A stretch of DNA of 64,000 nt. It comes from Octopus vulgaris. Lineage: Eukaryota. Each line of letters opens with the position of its first letter. The first letter of the stretch is position 1. The notes under the pieces are model-generated. The model made no database searches. It saw only the letters and a program-made list of their open reading frames with translations, and was not told the origin of the DNA. Below are positions 12,951-28,598 of the stretch, one piece after another. The position numbers and the translations under genes were made by a program. The stretch is from positions 28,768,001 through 28,832,000 of the forward strand of contig OX597827.1 of the NCBI GenBank assembly GCA_951406725.2. Direction: 5' to 3'.

Positions 12951-13069
12951 ATGATTTATATGTCACATGTAGTTGTTTCCCTTTCATGTCCTGTTTTTTG
13001 CTTCTTCCTAAAATGGTTAATTAATTTCTAAATATTATTATTATCATTGTTATTATTATTATATTTCTC

Positions 13070-13335
13070 AGAGCGCTCGATCTTCTTTGCTCTGCTAGAT
13101 TCTGTGAGAATGGGCAAAAGCCTACGGTCTGAGCTCTCACAAGGTCTCTTTCTGCACATTATAAGCTTTGATAGTTGGTTGTTAATTATCTTGGGAGACT
13201 TTCAACATCCAACTACCAATCTCAAAATCCTAGCTGTCTTTATCAGCGCAATTTTTGCGGGTTTGCTCTGCTCTTATATCAATTCCGAATTCTCTGACAT
13301 ATTTCTGGAACTTCGTTGTTAGTGCTCCTATTGTT
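13070..13335 (-). mobile_element. 3' end of another RLE (R4/Dong-like) LINE
   Basis: Minus strand encodes IGALTTKFQKYVREFGIDI...KIALIKTARILRLVVGC*, followed by a UTR and a TAA tail. Confidence 0.6.
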
Positions 13336-13601
13336 GTAGTTGTTGTTGTTGCTGCTGCTGTCGTTATTTATCCACAAGTTCACCATTTAATCAAATAAAT
13401 GATTGATTGTTTGATCATCCAATCATATTGTGAAACAAGTAGTCCTTGCGACGTGTTGCATTAATTGGTTAAGCATTTTCCTAGCGATGTAGTCATATGC
13501 ACACACGTATATGAATATGAATGTTTGAGCTGATTGAGCCTGGATAGATGAGTATTACCCACAGGAGCTGCACACATACACACCCACACCCGCGGATATA
13601 C

Positions 13602-13657
<56 letters not shown>

Positions 13658-13878
13658 ATGTATGTATTTGTAGTAAATTTTTGTTACTTCATTTCATACA
13701 AAAGCTTTCCTACTGACACAGAAAATTGCTGTTATCTGTCTGCAAGAATATTCAGGTCCTTGAGAAGTATCAAAATTTATATTAAAATAATTGCCGATCT
13801 ACTTTTACGGTGTTGCATTCTCATTTTACTTGCTGGTTACAAATGTAGTATACTTATATAAGCAAATTCTATCCAAAT

Positions 13879-13955
<77 letters not shown>

Positions 13956-14069
13956 ATATATATATATATATATATATGCGCGCGTGTGTGTGTGTGTATA
14001 TGTGTGTGCAAAAGTGTGTGTGTGTGTGTGAATGTGTGATATGCATACATATGCACGCACACTCATATA

Positions 14070-14683
14070 TACATGTATGTATATACATATATATATATAT
14101 ATGTATGTGTGCGTGCGAGTGAATGTATGTATATATGTGTGCGTGTGTGTTTATGTGTGTGTGTATGTATGTGTGTATGTGTGTATGTATGTATATGTAT
14201 GCGTGTGTGTATGTATGTATGTATGTGTGTGTATGTGTGTATGTATGCGTGTGTGTGTGTATGTATGTGTGTATGTGTGTGTGTATGTGTGTATGTATGT
14301 ATGTATGTATCTATGTATGTGTGTGTGTATGTATGTGTGTGTGTATGTACGTATGTACGTACGTATGTATGTATGTGTGTGTGTATATATGTGTGTAAGT
14401 GTGTATGTATGTATGTATGTATGTACGTATGTGTGTATGTATGTATTTTTTCATGCGTGTATGTGTGTATGTGCGTGTGTGTACATATGTATGTGTGTGT
14501 GTATGTATGTATGTGTGCATGCGTGTATTTGTGCATGTGTGTGTGTATGTATGTATGTATATATATGTGTGTGTATGTGTGTGTGTATGTATGTATTTAT
14601 GTATGTAGTGTATGTATGTGTGTGTGTATGTATGTATGTGTGCATGCGTGTATGTGTGCATGTGTGTTTTCTTGTTTGGATTA

Positions 14684-14721
<38 letters not shown>

Positions 14722-16140
14722 TAATCCAAACAAGAAAACACAGAAAAAGAGAAAAAAAGAGAAAAAACACAGCAACGCAGGACGTGGAACAATTAAAGTA
14801 TTATTGACGCTCAGGAAAGAAGGGAAGGAGGGTTTAACGTTTCGAGCGGAGCTCTTCGTCGGAAACAAGGAGAAGGAAAGATCCCAAGGAGGGAAGACAG
14901 AGGAGAAAATATTTGAGCTGGTGGTGCTTAAGAGATCACATGTTGAAAGAACAGAATTTGAAGGTAGTCGAAATATGGTTTTATAATGCAGGAGAGTTCC
15001 AAAAATAGGAATGCCTGTGTGTGTGTGTGTGTGTGTGTGTGCAAGAGGACAAGTGTGTTTGTGCGTGCGTGTGTGTGCGTATTTTTGGTGAATAAAGACA
15101 ATGACAAAGCCAGCTGTCGTGATGACTACTAGCTGTTTGTGTCAAGCCAGGTCAAAGCCGGGTCAAAAAAACAAAGGCTATATGTATCATGCGTGTGTGT
15201 TGTTTGTTGTGTGTGTGTGTGCATGTGTGTGTTCGTGTGTGTATGCGTAGAGTGTGGGTGTGTGGCGAGAAACTGTTTAACCTAGTACGTGTCTGCTTGT
15301 ATGTAAGTGTGTGTGTGTAGGGATGTATATGTGGGTTCATTTGTGTGAGAGTGTATGTATGTACGTGTATGTGTGTGCGTGTATGTGTGCGTTTGTATGT
15401 GTGCGTTTGTATGTGATTGTGTGTATGTGTGCGTGCGGGGATAGGTGTATATTGTGCATGTATATCTGTCGGTGTGTATGTGAGTTTGTGTGTGTTTGTA
15501 CGTGTGTATGTGTGTGTGAGTGTATAGTATATATATGTAAATGTGTGTGTGTGTGCGTGTGTGTGTACGTGCGTGCGAGTGAATGTATGTATATATGTGT
15601 GCATGTGTGTACAATGTAGGGGCTTATATGTGTGTTTATGTGTGTGTGTATGTATGTGTGTATGTGTGTATGTGTATGTATGTATGTATATGTATGCGTG
15701 TGTGTATGTATGTATGTAAGTGTGTGTGTATGTGTGTATGTATGCGTGTGTGTGTGTATGTATGTGTGTATGTGTGTGTATGTGTGGATGTATGTATGTA
15801 TCTATGTATGTGTGTGTGTATGTATGTGTGTGTATGTACGTATGTACGTACGTATGTATGTATGTGTGTGTATGTGTGTGTGTGTGTATGTATGTATGTA
15901 CGTATGTGTGTATGTATGTATTTTTTCATGCGTGTATGTGTGTATGTGCGTGTGTGTACATATGTATGTTTATGTATGTGTGTGTATGTATTTATGTATG
16001 TAGTGTATGTATGTGTGTGTGTATTATGTATGTGTGCATGCGTGTATGCGTGCATGTGTGTGTGTATGTATGTATGTATATATATGTGTGTGTATGTATG
16101 TATATGTGTGTGTATGTATGTGCGTATGTATGCATGTATG
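14070..16140. repeat. Complex GT/GTAT microsatellite block duplicated with ~1.46-kb offset
   Basis: Unique landmarks (gtgcgagtgaatgtatg; cgtatgtacgtacgta; tattttttcatgcgtg; tatttatgtatgtagtg) recur in order at ~14110-14650 and ~15570-16050. Confidence 0.75.
14717..14960 (-). mobile_element. PLE pLTR fragment (family X) with minimal HHR at 14832-14866
   Basis: Minus strand GUUU-CCGACGA-A-GAGC ucc GCUC-GAAACGUU-AAAC. Homologous to 58446-58655. Ends in (TA)n. Confidence 0.75.
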
Positions 16141-17142
16141 TATATACATACATACATCAATACAAATCGATATACGCACATATACACTCACATACAAACT
16201 CACCCACACGTGTATGCACACACATATATATGTACGTATACATAATATGTTTGTATGTGTGCGTGTGTGTGTGTGTGTGTGTGTGCGTATTCAATCACAG
16301 ATACTCATATTTATATACACTTATATCGATATGAGCTTGTGGGAATTGAGACGAAGTAGAAGAAGAATAACAACAACAGCAACAACAACAACAACGACGA
16401 CGACGACGACAACGACGACAAAGATAACTGCACAAATTGGTAGGAGAGGAAAAGTGATTGTAAAAGAAGATAACGATACGGTGATGGAACTGAAAGAGAG
16501 TGAGAGGGAGAGAGAGAGGTAGAAATACTGAGAGAGGAAAGAGAGAACGACGACGAAATAAACTGACAGTAGAGAGGGAGATAATGTGTGACCTAGAAAG
16601 ATACAGAAATAAATGAGAGCGGTTGACATGGAGGGAGACTATACATATATGCAGAGATAGCGAGGAGAAGAGAGAGAGAGAGAGAGAGAGAGAAAGCGTT
16701 TGGTAGAAGTTTTGTGTGAAAGAAGGGAATGAAGAGAAGAAAAGGGAGAATAATATTGGTTTTTCTTTTCACATCCAGAAAAATAACGATTCCTAAACAG
16801 CCATATGTTAATAGAGACCTATCTGTAAGTACATGTAAAATGAGTCTTTGTTGACCAAAGTACAGTTTGTGTCTGTGTGTCGTGTTACATATATATTTTG
16901 ATTTGAGTTAGAGACAGAGGTCGATCGTACATGGAAAATCGATTGGTGTATAGAAATTCAGTGTTGTTGTTTTTTTCTTCTTCTTCGCAATCTCTTCACA
17001 TGTCTTAACATAAGATTTCGCTGTGTAATTGTTACATTACTACCGTTAGTTCAAAGATGCGGAAATTTTCACAACCAACGTGTCTCTATTGTACGATTAG
17101 TATTTTGGTGTGCTTGTTCACAGAAACGAGTCTATGTTTGTG

Positions 17143-17173
<31 letters not shown>

Positions 17174-17477
17174 TGTATGTATGTATGTATGTATGTATGT
17201 ATGTATGTTGTGTATGTATGTATGTATGTATGTATGTATGTATGTATGTATGTATGTATGTTTGTATGTATGTATGCATGTCTCTCTCTGTGTAGACTTG
17301 CAAATAACACTCTTACCAATGTGCATATAAACTCACCCATGTATAGGTGTCTGTCTCCCTGCTTGTCTATCTATCAGTCTATCTCTCTGTCTGTTCATCT
17401 GTCGGTCTGTATATCAGGCTGTTTATCAATTTATCTACCTATCTGTCTATCTATCTATTTCTATCTATTTATCTATC

Positions 17478-17508
<31 letters not shown>

Positions 17509-17552
17509 TTATCAATATATATATATATGTATATGTATATATATATGCATAC

Positions 17553-17609
<57 letters not shown>

Positions 17610-17669
17610 TAATAATAATATGTGACTAATTGTCACATTATATGTATATTTTATATTATATGTTTCACG

Positions 17670-17703
<34 letters not shown>

Positions 17704-17785
17704 GTGTGTGTGTGTGTGTGTGTGCGCGCGCACACACACACACACATACAAACAATGAGGGATGGCTATGTAGGTAGGTAGATAA

Positions 17786-17861
<76 letters not shown>

Positions 17862-18340
17862 GCATGGAAAAGTACACACCAATCAAGAGATCGTAGGTAA
17901 ACTGAAATACAGATTCAATGATACAAGCAAAATAAAGGCAGTAGATGTTCATTGTCTTCTTACATCACGGCCAGTTGTTACGACATTTGCCATCTCAGAG
18001 AAGATTAATGAATATCGAAAATCCCAGATCTACATATACTGTAAAACCGGAGGTTAAGTGACTAAAGATATTGTGCGATAATATCAACACTAGTAATTAA
18101 GCTAGCGGGAAAATTGCATAAAACAACGTCTAAAAACAGTCTTCATTCCTACTACACTTTTAATTTGGTTTTATTTATAATTTCATGTATTTCGCTTCAT
18201 CACATATTTATTAATACGACTCAGCTACAAGCAACAACACTCATCTCACACTTGTTGCATTCGTATTAGAATAAATTTGTGATTCAGGAATCAAATTGCA
18301 ATGTATGAACACATACATATACATACAGATACATAAATAC

Positions 18341-18400
<60 letters not shown>

Positions 18401-18556
18401 GGGGGGGAGAGATAGTTAAATAGATAGATACATACATACATAAATTTATATACATGCACACACATACACATACACAAACACATATATGCATATGTATATA
18501 CACCCACACGCACATATATGCATATACACACACGCACACACACATACACACATATG

Positions 18557-20029
<1,473 letters not shown>

Positions 20030-20032
20030 TAT

Positions 20033-20240
20033 TCTCTTATTCTTTCGCATGCTTCAGTCATTTGACTGAAGCCATGCTGGTGTACCGCCTTAAGTCGAAC
20101 CAAATCGACCCAACGACTTATTCTTTGTAAGCCTAGTATATATTCCATCGGCCTCGTTGCTGAAATGCTAATTAGGGGAACGTAAACGCACCAACACTGG
20201 TTGTCAAGCGATGGTGGGGGGACAAACTCAGACACAAAAA
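20033..20240 (-). mobile_element. SINE family B 3' half
   Basis: Reverse complement matches 21795-21995. Confidence 0.7.
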
Positions 20241-20373
20241 CATATATATATATATATACCGGGAAACGTTTAAAATATGCATATAAAGGTCCCTATTTTA
20301 TCATGCCGACTACAGCCTGATGATGCTAACTAGCAATACCAGCTTTTGGGATTCAAACCAATGAGGGATAATG

Positions 20374-21312
<939 letters not shown>

Positions 21313-21480
21313 TCATGCATGGAATTTATAAATATCTTAATGCATCGCTATGTGCGTTTCTATAAATCACATGTTTCTCAAGGTCATAATCCGTATTTCT
21401 GGCATAATTACAATACAGTCTGTAGTATGCTTAGACATCGTGACCCGAATGTACTAAACGCTAAGCCGCATGCTTTCACG

Positions 21481-21552
<72 letters not shown>

Positions 21553-21555
<3 letters not shown>

Positions 21556-21719
21556 CTTTGGAGTGGCTGTGTGATAAGTAGCTTGCTTACGAACAACATG
21601 GTACCGGGTTCAGTCTCACTGGGTCGCACCTTGGGCAAGTGTCTTCTACTATAGCCCCGGGCCGACCAAAGCCTTGTGAGTGGATTTGGTAAAGGGGAAC
21701 TGAAAAGAAGCCCATCGTA

Positions 21720-21780
<61 letters not shown>

Positions 21781-21995
21781 GTGTGTTAGTGTGTCAGTGT
21801 TTGTTCCCCAAATATCGCTTGACAACCGATGCTAGTGTGTTTACACCCCCGAAACTTAGCGGTTCGGGAAAAGAGTTCGATAGAATAAATACTAGGCTTA
21901 CAAAGAATAAGTCTTGGGGTCGATTTGCTCGACTAAAGGCAGTGCTCCAGCATGGCCACAATCAAATGACTAAAAGAAGTAAAAGAGTTAAGAGA
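21553..21995 (+). mobile_element. tRNA-derived SINE family B with internal (TA)n
   Basis: A/B-box-like head (gtggctgtgtgataag...gggttcagtc), ccttgggcaagt core, internal TA tract, 3' ...aagtaaaagag. Many copies in the window. Confidence 0.8.
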
Positions 21996-22758
21996 ATATA
22001 TACATACATACATACATACATACATACAAACATACATATTCATAGATATTTATTTGTGCGCACATATATCTGCATTACATGAAGTTGTCACTCAAGGTGC
22101 TTACTAAAAATGTCATTTATAACCCGCTTCAGAAACAAACCATCATTCTTCAGACTCTTGAACGGTTGTTCAAACCAGATACGATGAAACTTTTTGTAGA
22201 TTCATTGATAGCTGTTTCTAATACACATGTATAATTTAACTCTACAATGACATGTCACGGGTAAGTTTTCATTTCGCTATGCGTCAGCTTCGATCTCTTG
22301 TACGATTTTACCTCGCCCTTACACTTATACACATTATTTTACGCCGCGTAACGTATATTACTCTGTATATAATATATAGAAGCATACATACAAATATATA
22401 TATATATGTATATATACATAATTATGTGTGTTTATGTACTTTATATATTTACATATATTCGAGGCTGATTCGCTGGGGTAAAGGCAACACAATCGCGTTA
22501 ACAAAGGGATGTGAGTTCAGCTCCCATGAGGATAGGAAAGCCTTGGTTTTTTGGGGGGTTTTTTAGGCTGTGGTCCAGTATGGACACAGTTAAATGACTG
22601 AAACAAGTAAAAGAGTAAAAGAATGTATACATTATTGTGTCTGCGGAGAGGTATTCTGTTCTAGTGTCTTATTACTTAACGCACCCAACAGTACGATTCT
22701 CACTCATTTATTTTCTCTAAAATTTTCGTTGCGCACTTGCAACCTCTTCCATAGTTAT

Positions 22759-22798
<40 letters not shown>

Positions 22799-22854
22799 AG
22801 ATTTTCTCTGAAATAGGCAATTGCATAAGCATACAGCGTTTCTGTAAAAATAAA

Positions 22855-23052
22855 TTTTGGCACAAGGCCAGCAATTTCATGGGAGGGATTAAGTCAATTA
22901 CTTTGAGACCTGTGCTCATCTGGTACTTATCTTACCGACTCTGGAAGGATGAAAGATAATGTGGAGCTCGACAGAATTTGAACTCAGTACATAAGGACGG
23001 ATGTAATACTGCTAAGCACATGTGCGCGATATGTTAACGATTCTGCCAGCTC
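22855..23052 (-). mobile_element. SINE family A, degenerate monomer
   Basis: Similar to 37390-37601 (ggtacttat..ggatgaaag..gaatttgaactc..aacgattctgccagct). Confidence 0.65.
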
Positions 23053-23467
23053 TTTTTTTATTTAACAACTCTCGCTGGATTATATTAGAATTGTTCAATA
23101 AAAAGAATTGTAGACTATCTCTCCAGTTTCGTCTTTTCTTCATGATCTCTGTAGTCTTTCATTGTGAATGCTAGACTATACTTCCATCCTTAATGTTACG
23201 CTGGTTTCAGTCAGGGGCCGTGGCCACGCTGGATCTACGTCATTAGTTTGATTTCTTGATTATTTCAAACTCATGTTTCGGCCCTCTCTCCGCGTGTGTG
23301 TCACGTAAAGCATTTTTTAAAACTTTGCGTTTCTTAGCGGGATTTGGTTTCTTCTATCTTATATAAAAATTTATCTAGAAATTCTTTGATGACATCCACA
23401 TTTACGGCTCAAAGATTTCTGAGCGCTTTTGTTTAAAGGTGGGAGGCTAGAAATTAAAAATTTGTAG

Positions 23468-23684
23468 GCCAGTATACCCATCATGACTACCCATCTGATA
23501 AGAGTACACCGGGCACATGCATCACAACCATATGTGCGCGACATGGTGATTTCATATCAAGATAAACAGCGGATGACCTTACAGGTGAGGCCCATTTAGA
23601 ATTTTCTTCAGATCGAGTAGTCCATCCCGCTCAAAAGGTCCCTGAATAGGGAATATTTAAGGATGTTGAGCTAGGGCACCCATG
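23468..23684 (-). mobile_element. Fragment of the 20526-21120 repeat family
   Basis: Reverse complement matches ~20850-21067. Confidence 0.8.
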
Positions 23685-24019
23685 TAGGACTATGTTGTAA
23701 CAGTATTAGTTCATTTCTCTTGATGGAGAGGTTGGAATATTTGATACAATACAGAATAGCATCTAGTTAAGAAGTTGATATACTTTTCAATATTAAAGTT
23801 AGATGCTACCCCCTCATTGATCTTCCATATATACAGAAGATTCATGGAAGCTGTGTATGACATTAAACTGTATACAATGATGAGACTCCAGTTCGCGAGT
23901 TCTGGCGTTTTGAGAAGCGTGAAGTCACTTTTTCCCAACATTACGTTCATGTATATTTTGACCGGAAAAGCATTACCTGACAGAATCCCATCTGTGAGTT
24001 TAAATGAATTTCTGTAAGG

Positions 24020-24261
24020 GTGAAGGCACATACTCCATTTCACTCAGCTGTAGAAATGAGTTACGACGTCACTGATGCCAAGCTTTATCGGCCCCTTTGC
24101 CTTTCCCTTGGATAACATCGGTGACGTGGAGAAGGGAGTTTGGTAAGCATGGGTAACTGCTAGTCTTCCATAAACTGCCTTGCCCGGACTTGTATCTAGA
24201 AGGGGAACTTTCTAGGAGCAATCTATATGGTCATTCATGTTGGAAGAGGGTTTTACCCTTT
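24020..24261 (+). mobile_element. SINE family C, internally deleted
   Basis: Matches the reverse complement of 40876-41215 (gtgaaggc..ctgtagaaat..cctttgcctttcccttggataacatc..ttgcccggacttgt). Confidence 0.75.
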
Positions 24262-25140
24262 AAGGGTAGACTGAGCTCCTTAGCTGTAGTGAAAGCAATG
24301 AATCGAGGAGGAAGAAATTATCTAACTGACCCCGAGCTTAACGGCTGACGATAATTTAGGTTACAGGTGTGGATTAGTTTAAATTTGTCTTCGCTTTAAA
24401 TCCATATTTACTAAAACTAAAATATACGAAGTTTAGCAGGCGATCAGAAAGGTCGATGTGCGTCTCCTGAAAAAATATGAAATGTAAAAATAACCAGAAA
24501 ATATGTGTACTGAAAAAATATATTAGTTGAAAAATTATTTTTGAAAATGAATTTCTTCAGAAAAGTTTGATAAAAAAATTTGTTGCAGAAATGTTGGGAA
24601 AAACATTTTTAGGAAAAAATAGTGCCAAGACAAAAAATTACGTAACGAAAAGTATTTGAACGATATTTTGTCTGAATAGTTCTGGAAAAAATAGAGAATA
24701 TTTATGAAACTATTAAATAAAGAGAAATGTTTCGTTGCAATTACATTATTGAAAATATTGCATAAAGTGTATTACGTCTCTGCGAAGAGATTTCAAACGA
24801 CATAATCACGTGGAGATTCACACTCACCAGAGCTAATGGTATGTAAATAGTCGAAAGAGATGTATAAGTTACTATAAATATATTTTACAGGAATTTATGA
24901 TATATAAACGTATAGATTTGGTACAATATACGATTTATAATATATGAGGTATAATCTTCGTTGTATAAATATGCAAATTAAAATGTGCAATTTATGGTGT
25001 ACAAATGTGTAACCAATTAAAGATATATAAATTAGTGTAAATTAATGCTTAATATATTATATATACAACTCTATCACTCGAAGTTTTGAGTTAGCAAACG
25101 AGCTTGCTCTTACGGACAGGTAGATTTTTGTATATGTATG

Positions 25141-25239
<99 letters not shown>

Positions 25240-25275
25240 ATGTATGTATGTATGTATGTATGTATGTATATATAT

Positions 25276-26340
25276 TGAAATTTATAGAAAAACAAAAGAC
25301 GAAGACAGGTGCATGAACAGCAAGCAAGTGTATTAGTTTGACGCTCTGGAAAAATGAAAAAGTATTTTATGTTTCGAGTCTACGCTCTTCAACAGAAAGG
25401 AATAAGAGAAAATAAACAAAGACAAAATGAAAAAACACTCGTTGATTTCAGCCGTCCAACATGGCGAATGACTGGAAAAAATGGGGTTGAAATAAAGAGA
25501 GATAAGGATAATAAAAAAGAGGATAATTGAAGGTGCGCGTATGTGTATGTGAGAATGCTGTATGTGAATGTGTAAGTGTGTGTATGTGAATAGGAGCGAG
25601 TGACTCTGATTTGTGTAGGTGTGTGCGAGTGTAGCGTGTGTGCGTCATGGTGTGTGCTTTTTCACGTGGCATGTGCACATGCGTGTGTGTGTGTTTCTGT
25701 GTGTCTGTGACCAAATAGTGTGCATGTGTATGGTGTTCATATATAGGCAAAATTATCTTTATGTGTGTTGCGTGTGTATGTATATATTGTCTGTAATCAG
25801 GTAATATTTGCTTATGTGGGTGTGGGCGTGTGCAAGATGGTCTGTGGTGTGTGAACTGAGGTAAACAGTGTGTGTGGCTGCTCATATAGTCGTATGTGTG
25901 GTGACGCTATTGAAGATGGTGTGTGGTGTAAGTGCTGGAAAGTGGTCAGTGTTAGTGTGTGTGGAGTGAAGTGGGATTGGTATCAAATGAAGAGCGACGA
26001 TGAGGTTGGTATCAGATGAAGAGAGGAGGTGAGTTGAGCCCATATGGCGCAAAGCAGCGAAGAGAGAAGACTAATTCCAGTTGAGGGCGAAGGCGGGAGT
26101 AGGGGATGGCCCCTGTGCAAAGACAGTCCGAACACAGACAGATGTTATCGCGAACTGGAGTGGCATTGCCGAATCTGATGCCTCGGAGTTGCTCCTCTAA
26201 CCGGTCAGCGAAGCGTCGTCCAGTTTGACCGATGTACAGGGGAGGACAGACAGAGCAAGAGATGCAGTAAATGATATTACTAGAAGTGCAGGTAAAGGAG
26301 TCGATGATGTGATAGGAATGATGATGAGCGATGAAACCTA
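25276..26340 (-). mobile_element. Penelope-like element 3' fragment (Neptune-like GIY-YIG + pLTR with variant HHR)
   Basis: Minus 26340-26030 translates SFTCTSSNIIYCISCSVCPPLYIGQTGRRFADRLEEQLR...LVFSLRCFAPYGLN. HHR CUGUUGA-A-GAGC guag ACUC-GAAAC at ~25365-25399. Not in the ORF track. Confidence 0.85.
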
Positions 26341-26419
26341 TTACATCGAAATGGAAAACTATAGGGAGATTTCGCGTACTCTGTGCTTTGGTGACTACAA
26401 CTCTCCTTAAATATCAAGG

Positions 26420-26800
26420 GTCTTTCCTAGGTCTTGCACAAAATACAGGTTGGCTCTTTGCTGCATGTCGACAGTACCTGCTTTAATTACAATATCCTTC
26501 ATTCTCTTAGCAGCTCAGATATTGTGCCGTGTTCCACAATTACTATCGGAACCATTTTCGCTATTGTATTCCACAATGCTTTCATCTTGGTCCTGCTACT
26601 TCACAAAATTTTCAATTTCTTTAATATCACTTGATATTTCTAAGTTTATGATCTTACGCTGTTTTTAGTTTGTTCTCTAGAATCATATCTGGTCTCCTCG
26701 TTGCAATAGTACGGTCAGTTATTATTGAGAAATCCCATAAATTACTGTAATTCACCATCACAACCCCTGGTTCGTGGTCATAGACCCAGTTCCGTCGTAT
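26420..26800 (-). mobile_element. Highly degenerate R4/Dong RLE fragment
   Basis: YDHEPGVV..LWDFSIITDRTIATRRPDMIL (within ORF 26654-26866). Confidence 0.7.
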
Positions 26801-27220
26801 CGAGTCCATAAAGTCGGCTAATGTTCCAGTTGACTCATATACCGGAAGAGTCATGTCTTTGGTCATGTTGGAAGGAAGCTGCTGTTCGTAATCTTTAGTT
26901 AATTGCTATTGAAACGTCAATAGTATTTCTGTTCGTCCGAGAAATGATTCTCATTGCATGATGTTATAAGAGAGCCTCAACTTAACTACCCAACCTGCTC
27001 AAAATAACCAGATAAAATCCCACGAATCTAACATGTTTTAGAAAAAGGAATGTCACATTAGATAATGTTGTCTAAACCTAAACAGAATGCTACGCGCTGG
27101 ATTTTCTTCAGTCATATTCTTGCTCGTTCAGGATTGTATTGAGATTAAACAAAAATAACTACAGCAATGCAACTATAATCACCACCATTAATACCAGTAT
27201 CAATAACAACAGCAACAGCA

Positions 27221-27590
27221 GTGGAGGCGCAATGACCCAGTGGTTAGGGCAGCGGACTCGCGGTCGGAGGATCGCGGTTTCGATTACCAGACCGGGCGTT
27301 GTGTGTGTTTATTGAGCGATAACACCTAAAGCTCCACGAGGCTCCAGCAAGGGGTCGTGGCGACCCCTGTTGTACTCTTTCTCTCACTCTTTCTTCCTGT
27401 TTCTTGTCTCCGACTTCCTACGCAACCGCTGAGCCTGGATGCGCATTCATCCATCCATCCATCGATGCCTTCGGGGGTTGACCTGCTTTCTCTTCTGCGG
27501 GTCTTACGAATAGCAAAGGACCACGTTTCGGACTTCTCCCACTACAGAGGCGCGATCTTGCGAGCTCTGGGACGAAGACCGCTTCGCTCA
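27221..27590 (+). mobile_element. tRNA-derived SINE (family D)
   Basis: Head GGAGGCGCAATGACCCAGTGGTTAGG...GGTTTCGATTACC (A and B boxes) followed by a non-tRNA GC-rich body, in an (AAC/AGC)n context. Confidence 0.7.
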
Positions 27591-28159
27591 ACAGCAGCAA
27601 CAACAGTTATTTACTTTTTCATTTTAGTTCCCTACGTTCACTTCATGTTGGGTAATTCTAGGCACTTATTTCACCCGTAACATGCAAAATGTTACTGAAG
27701 CCTTTCAAATTCTTCTTTAACGGGTTGCATTCATTAAACTATGAACATGATTACGTAAAACCTTCTTGGATTTACTTATTTTAGTAATCAAAATTATTTT
27801 CACCACAAAGGATACATGACAAAGTAAACATAGAAAGGAGACGAAATTGGGATGTAGGAAGCCATTTTGTCCTATAATCGTCGAGAATCTGCTATTTAAC
27901 CGAGACTGTCTTTCACCTGAAGATGGAGCTTCAGTTCTGCATTACATTGAAAGATTTTTTGAAGTTTGCATTAATGCAAGTGTCTAAGTATTTACTATTA
28001 GATAAAATACTATAATTACTTGCATGTTTTAAAGTTACGAAACAATTTGTTATGAAATTTCAATTCGCTAGATAAAATTTCAACAAAATATTTTTCTGTA
28101 ATTTGTCACTTTATTCACTCCTCACACATACGCGCGCGCACGCACACACAAACATATAT

Positions 28160-28378
28160 TCTTTTATTCTTTTACTTGTTTCAGTCGTTTGATTGCGGCC
28201 ATTCTGTAGCACCACCTTACTCGAACAAATCGCCCCCGGACTTATTATTTGTAAGCCTAGTACTTATTCTATCGGTCTCTATTGCCGAACTGCTAAATTA
28301 CAGGAACGTAAACACACCAACATCCGTTGTCAAACGACTGCGGACAAACACAGACATAAACATATATAAACACACATA

Positions 28379-28441
<63 letters not shown>

Positions 28442-28598
28442 GACGGGCTTCTTTCAGTTTCTGTCTACCAAATTCACTCACAAGACATTGGTCGGCCGGA
28501 GGCTATAGCAGAAGACACTTGTCCAAGGTGCCATGCAGTGGGACTGAACCCAGGACCATGTTGTTGAGAAGTAAGCTTCTTACCACTCAGCCACGCCT
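28160..28598 (-). mobile_element. SINE family B with internal (TA)n
   Basis: Reverse complement of the 21553-21995 type. Confidence 0.8.

Noticed and set aside
20313-20345. CUGAUGA-UGCU aacu AGCA hammerhead-like start
   Set aside because: GAAA and the cleavage/stem I strand are missing; at most a decayed remnant.
27221-27300. tRNA-like sequences (also 41140-41215, 44655-44730)
   Set aside because: The cloverleaf is incomplete, there is no terminator, and they continue into repeated SINE bodies; these are SINE heads, not tRNA genes.
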